64,000 nucleotides of DNA from positions 614,961-678,960 of the forward strand of contig JAVYVS010000001.1 in assembly GCA_038727515.1 (NCBI GenBank), read 5' to 3'. A program made the translations under genes and the position numbers. The stretch comes from Candidatus Methanomethylicia archaeon. Its GTDB lineage: Archaea > Thermoproteota > Methanomethylicia > Culexarchaeales > Culexarchaeaceae. Below, one piece after another: positions 59,988-64,000 of this stretch (the first letter of the stretch is position 1; each line of letters begins with the position of its first letter). The notes beneath the pieces are model-generated. The model had not been told where the DNA came from. It made no database searches and was given only the letters and a program-made list of their open reading frames with translations.

Positions 59988-61976
59988 CTACTGAAAAATA
60001 AACCTAAATCCTCCACGGGGGAGTAGACGTCTAAAATCATTTATAGATAGATCTTTAACAAAGGCTTTTTGAGATTCATTTAAACCATCAGATAGAAATC
60101 TCTTTAATTGATTAAATATATCATCTAGAGATTTCTCTCCAGGAGCTAAAGTTAAAGATTTAAAACACCATTTTGAAATAGCTGAAGGTGGACCTGAAAC
60201 AAGAATATAAGAATTATCTAAACTCATAATTCCAAGTGAAACCCTCAATGGAATATTATTAATGTAATTCTTTTTACCATAAATCATAAATGCACCTCTA
60301 GCTAAATACTCTCCAGAAGGAGGAGATTTAGAAACTTGTCTACCATAAACCCAAAATGCAGATGTAGATTCCAACATAGCTCTCCAAGCATTAGAGAAAG
60401 ATGAAGCAAATTGTGCAGCTTCATATATTGTAGATTCAGGAATGGGATTGGAATCTGAAATTATTATGACTGAAGGGCCTCCATGAACGTCTGCATGTAC
60501 ATATATTCCATCATCCCTAAGCCACTTTCTAACTAAAGCTTCATTTTGAGATGCATCTCTACCACCAACAACTAGAAATCCATCTGAAGATTTAAACCAA
60601 TGGAAATTCTCATACCACTTCCGCTTAACTAAACCTACAATTCTAATTGGTTTAATAATCCTCTTGGAAAACTCCTTTTCAACTTCCAATTCCATATTTT
60701 CCTCAAGAGATTTCAAAGCTTTTAAAGCTCTAGAAGCTTTAGCTTCAAGATTTTTAGCTTCATCGAAAAATTTAGATGCATTAGATGCAGCAGATTCTAA
60801 AACATTTAATGGTAGAATTTCACCCTTAAAATTTATATTTAAAATACGATTTTTAACATCAAAACCATAAATATACTTCGATAATTCTAAATAGTATTTT
60901 TCAACTTCAGCTAGAACATTACTCCAACCAACTTTAGAAGCTAAATCCCTAAAAATCCTTAAAATACCATCGAAAAAATCTAAATTCTCCATTAAAGTTT
61001 TCCCGAAAAACCTAAGTTTTTCAGCTTTATTCAGCATTTCCCCAATTAATTCATTTTGCTTTGAAATTGTAGCTTTAAATCTACCTTCAACCTCACTTCT
61101 AACCTTAGCTTTAAGTTCTTCAAATTCTAAATTCATTAATCTATGAAAGTATTCATCTACAGCACTATTGAAATCATTGAAAAATTCAGCTTCAAGATTT
61201 GAGTATATCCCAAAATCCAATGGAACTACTGAAACAATTCTACCACTACTACTAACAATTTGAGGATTAATAGATCCAGATTCAATGGAGGAAGCCATAT
61301 CCAAGAGAGTATTTAACAATGCTTCTAATTCTTCACGTTTTAATTCAGAAACCTTTAAATTCTTATTTAAACCACATCTAAAACATAGTTCTTCAGCTAT
61401 TTCCCCAGAAACATTCATAATCTTTGTTAAAGAGACTACGAGACTACCCTTAGACTCCTTAAAGGTTTTATAAAGTTCTTCAAAATCAACTTTAAATGGA
61501 TTGAAACCTCTAATTCTAGGTGGAATATAACTTTCACCTGGAAAAAGCCGTCTAATACTAGTCTTAATAGGTTTTTGAACTCCAATTATAACGCCATTGG
61601 AATCTAAAATTAATAAATTCCCATTATCCATAATTTCAAAGATTATACTTAAACCATTATCCAATTGAAAATTAACAATTCTATCAAAACCCATTTGTGA
61701 AACATTTAAAACTTTAGATCTCAAAAGCTTAGATCTAAGGAAACTACAAAATTGACTTGGTATCTTAGGCTTCTCAAAATCAAAACCTGTAATGTTAATT
61801 CTCCTACCAAATTCATATATTAAACTACATTTAACACCTCCAAACTTAAATAAGAAAATATTTTCTGAAATTCCATATATGTTGTTTATATAAGCTGTTT
61901 TAGATAGAGTGTTTAATTCTCTAACAATAGCCATTAAATCCAAGGCATTCAAAGAACGTTTAAGATAGATAACCAT
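59988..61976 (-). CDS. rqcH: Ribosome rescue protein RqcH/Rqc2 (NEMF/NFACT family)
   Basis: FDRIV, GNL.I.D, NA..FF..AK, WYE.F.WF.SSDG.LV.GGRDA.QNE, HAD..G, QVSK.PPSGEYL..G.FMIYG. Confidence 0.94.
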   Translation of the reverse strand: MVIYLKRSLNALDLMAIVRELNTLSKTAYINNIYGISENIFLFKFGGVKCSLIYEFGRRINITGFDFEKPKIPSQFCSFLRSKLLRSKVLNVSQMGFDRIVNFQLDNGLSIIFEIMDNGNLLILDSNGVIIGVQKPIKTSIRRLFPGESYIPPRIRGFNPFKVDFEELYKTFKESKGSLVVSLTKIMNVSGEIAEELCFRCGLNKNLKVSELKREELEALLNTLLDMASSIESGSINPQIVSSSGRIVSVVPLDFGIYSNLEAEFFNDFNSAVDEYFHRLMNLEFEELKAKVRSEVEGRFKATISKQNELIGEMLNKAEKLRFFGKTLMENLDFFDGILRIFRDLASKVGWSNVLAEVEKYYLELSKYIYGFDVKNRILNINFKGEILPLNVLESAASNASKFFDEAKNLEAKASRALKALKSLEENMELEVEKEFSKRIIKPIRIVGLVKRKWYENFHWFKSSDGFLVVGGRDASQNEALVRKWLRDDGIYVHADVHGGPSVIIISDSNPIPESTIYEAAQFASSFSNAWRAMLESTSAFWVYGRQVSKSPPSGEYLARGAFMIYGKKNYINNIPLRVSLGIMSLDNSYILVSGPPSAISKWCFKSLTLAPGEKSLDDIFNQLKRFLSDGLNESQKAFVKDLSINDFRRLLPRGGFRFIFQ

Positions 61977-62027
61977 ATTAAACCCCTATCAACTTATGTA
62001 AATGAGGGAGAAGAATAATTTAAATTT

Positions 62028-62324
62028 ATGGAGTTGATGTCATTGCAACTTGACACAAAAATATACGTATTAAGGGGATTATTTGGACTTTTAACGTCAA
62101 TCATATGTATAACAATGGATTTAAAAGATAGTATTGGAGTAATGTTTGGAATAGCAGTATACATACTCACAATACCATTAATAAGACGTATATTAAGGAT
62201 AAAACCTTCAAACTTAAAAGCTCCAGAACAATTATATATAAATGGGCTTGCACCATATCTAGCATTATGGTTAATTCCATGGATCGTAGTATATACATTC
62301 CGAGTTCCACATCCAGCACCATAA
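62028..62324 (+). CDS. Small 3-TM membrane protein, possibly EMC6-like
   Basis: Three hydrophobic segments; C-terminal GL.PY..LW...W...YT. Confidence 0.65.
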   Translation: MELMSLQLDTKIYVLRGLFGLLTSIICITMDLKDSIGVMFGIAVYILTIPLIRRILRIKPSNLKAPEQLYINGLAPYLALWLIPWIVVYTFRVPHPAP

Positions 62325-62714
62325 TTACTTCTTTAAACGCTCCTTTGAAATATTGATAAATTCATCTATAATTGCAATCCAAGCATTAATGAAACCAGAT
62401 TCAAAATTGTTAATGTTATCTCTAGATAAATCCTTCTCTAATTCATTCTTAAAATTCTTTAAATCTCCTAAACTAGCATTTTTACAACGCCAATAAAATG
62501 ATGAAGGATCACCCTCCCTACCAGCATTGATCATACCCTTAATTGCAAGTATAACGCCAGCACCCCAATCATCATCAATATCAAAATCCTTAAAAGACTC
62601 TGTAAAAAGTTTTTCAGCAGCAGCATAATTATCAAAGAAGCAGTATCTAGCAAGAGTTGAAACATGCTTTAGAATTTTACGCTTTTTAGCACTAAGAATT
62701 GGCATAAATACCAT
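62325..62714 (-). CDS. Conserved hypothetical helical protein
   Basis: Internal pseudo-repeat W.AG...AI.GM / FESGFINAW. Confidence 0.7.
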   Translation of the reverse strand: MVFMPILSAKKRKILKHVSTLARYCFFDNYAAAEKLFTESFKDFDIDDDWGAGVILAIKGMINAGREGDPSSFYWRCKNASLGDLKNFKNELEKDLSRDNINNFESGFINAWIAIIDEFINISKERLKK

Positions 62715-62809
62715 AATAATTCTGAGCAGTTATAGATATAAAAGTTTAACATATAATAAAGCATTAAAAGACTTCAAGCATATAATCTATATGTATTAGG
62801 GTGTTCATT

Positions 62810-64000
62810 TTGAATTATAAAAGTCTTGAATTATTCTTTAAACCAAAAAGTGTAGCGGTAATAGGAGCTTCAAGAAATCCTGAAAAGATAGGGTATCAAC
62901 TTTTAAAATCTTTAATAGAAGTTGGATATAATGGTGAGATATATCCAGTAAATCCAAAAGCTGATGAAATTCTTGGATTAAAAGCTTACCCAAATATGAG
63001 TAGTATAAAGAAGCCAATAGATTTAGCAATAATAGCAATACCAGCAGGAGGAGTGCCAGAAGTGATAAGGGAAGCTGGAGAAATAGGAGTTAAATGTGCA
63101 ATAATAATAAGTGGAGGATTTAAAGAAGTTGGAGGAGAAGGAGTTAAATTAGAAGAAGAAGTTAAGAGTATTGCAAAAACTTATGGAATTAGAATTATGG
63201 GACCAAATTGTATAGGGGTGTATGATCCACATAACAATATGGATACACTATTCCTACCAAGAGATAGAGCTTTAAGACCTAAAAAGGGTGATATAGCATT
63301 TATATCACAAAGTGGAGCTATGGGGGTAGCCTTCCTAGATTGGATGACAATGGAGAATATAGGGTTAAGCTGTTTTGTAAGTTATGGAAATAAAGCAGAT
63401 GTAGATGAAATAGATTTATTAGAGTATTTAATGCATGATGAAAAGAGTAAAGTTATAGCAATGTATGTGGAAGAAATAACCAATGGAAGAAGATTTATTG
63501 AAGTTGCAAGAAAAGTTTCAATTATAAAACCAATAGTAGCAATAAAAGCTGGAAGAACCATGGAAGGGGCAAAGGCAGTTTCATCACATACAGGGGCATT
63601 AGCAGGTAGAGAGGATATTGTTGAGGCAGCCTTTAAAAAGGCTGGAATAATAAGAGCATATGATACACATGAATTATTTGATTATGCTAGAGCATTAGCC
63701 ACTGGAAGAATTGCACAAGGGGATAGAATTGCAATAGTAACTGATGGTGGAGGAGCAGGAGTTATGGCAACAGATAAATTAACAGATGAAAAGAGAGGTG
63801 TTGGATTAAAGCTTGCAGAATTAAAGGAAGAAACAAAAAATGAATTAAAAAGATGTATACCACAATTTGCAATACCACATAATCCAATAGATTTAACTGG
63901 AAATGCAAATCCAGAAATGTATAAAAATGTATTAGAAATCGTATTGAAAGATGAGAATGTGGATGGAATAGTAGTTATAACATTAATACATCCACCAATG
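62810..64000 (+). CDS. acdA: Acyl/acetate--CoA ligase (ADP-forming) alpha subunit (truncated at window end; not in ORF track)
   Basis: Manual translation MNYKSLELFFKPKSVAVIGASRNPEKIG...YPVNP...GPNCIG...SQSGAMG...SYGNKAD...SHTGALAG (phospho-His)...NPIDLTG. Confidence 0.92.
   Translation, partial: MNYKSLELFFKPKSVAVIGASRNPEKIGYQLLKSLIEVGYNGEIYPVNPKADEILGLKAYPNMSSIKKPIDLAIIAIPAGGVPEVIREAGEIGVKCAIIISGGFKEVGGEGVKLEEEVKSIAKTYGIRIMGPNCIGVYDPHNNMDTLFLPRDRALRPKKGDIAFISQSGAMGVAFLDWMTMENIGLSCFVSYGNKADVDEIDLLEYLMHDEKSKVIAMYVEEITNGRRFIEVARKVSIIKPIVAIKAGRTMEGAKAVSSHTGALAGREDIVEAAFKKAGIIRAYDTHELFDYARALATGRIAQGDRIAIVTDGGGAGVMATDKLTDEKRGVGLKLAELKEETKNELKRCIPQFAIPHNPIDLTGNANPEMYKNVLEIVLKDENVDGIVVITLIHPPM

Overview
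Gene-dense, AT-rich archaeal chromosomal segment. It is probably TACK (eS25, Rpo12, TIP49, Alba, type II GAPDH). A stand-alone FrhB-family protein and hexulose-phosphate synthase would fit a Methanomethylicia/Culexarchaeia-like anaerobe, but that placement is inference only. Most genes are housekeeping: thyX, thiC, thiDN, ribK, tfb, apgM, cysS, glyS, dys, XPD, nrdDG with an NrdH-like redoxin, endA, speB, rpo12, aIF1, TIP49, pgi/pmi, gap, lig, pyrC, rqcH, acdA and one tRNA-Gln(UUG). No CRISPR array, integrase, transposase or rRNA was seen. Most notable: (1) a two-gene unit at 7262-9959 in which a prenyltransferase/terpene-cyclase-type QW-repeat domain is fused to an endonuclease III-like HhH-GPD/[4Fe-4S] domain, followed by a tandem paralogue lacking the lyase lysine; (2) an unannotated box C/D sRNA (about 19961-20021) with compensatory U-A changes in both K-turns, whose D' guide predicts 2'-O-methylation of wobble U34 of tRNA-Glu(UUC); (3) a four-gene uncharacterised membrane operon (DUF6754-type) whose first gene carries one in-frame TAA; (4) a B12 radical SAM enzyme with a split Cx40CxxC motif; (5) an intact membrane-anchored HerA-like ATPase and an apparently degenerate one; (6) marked strand-dependent codon and amino-acid bias. 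All family assignments come from motif recognition by eye; no searches were run.
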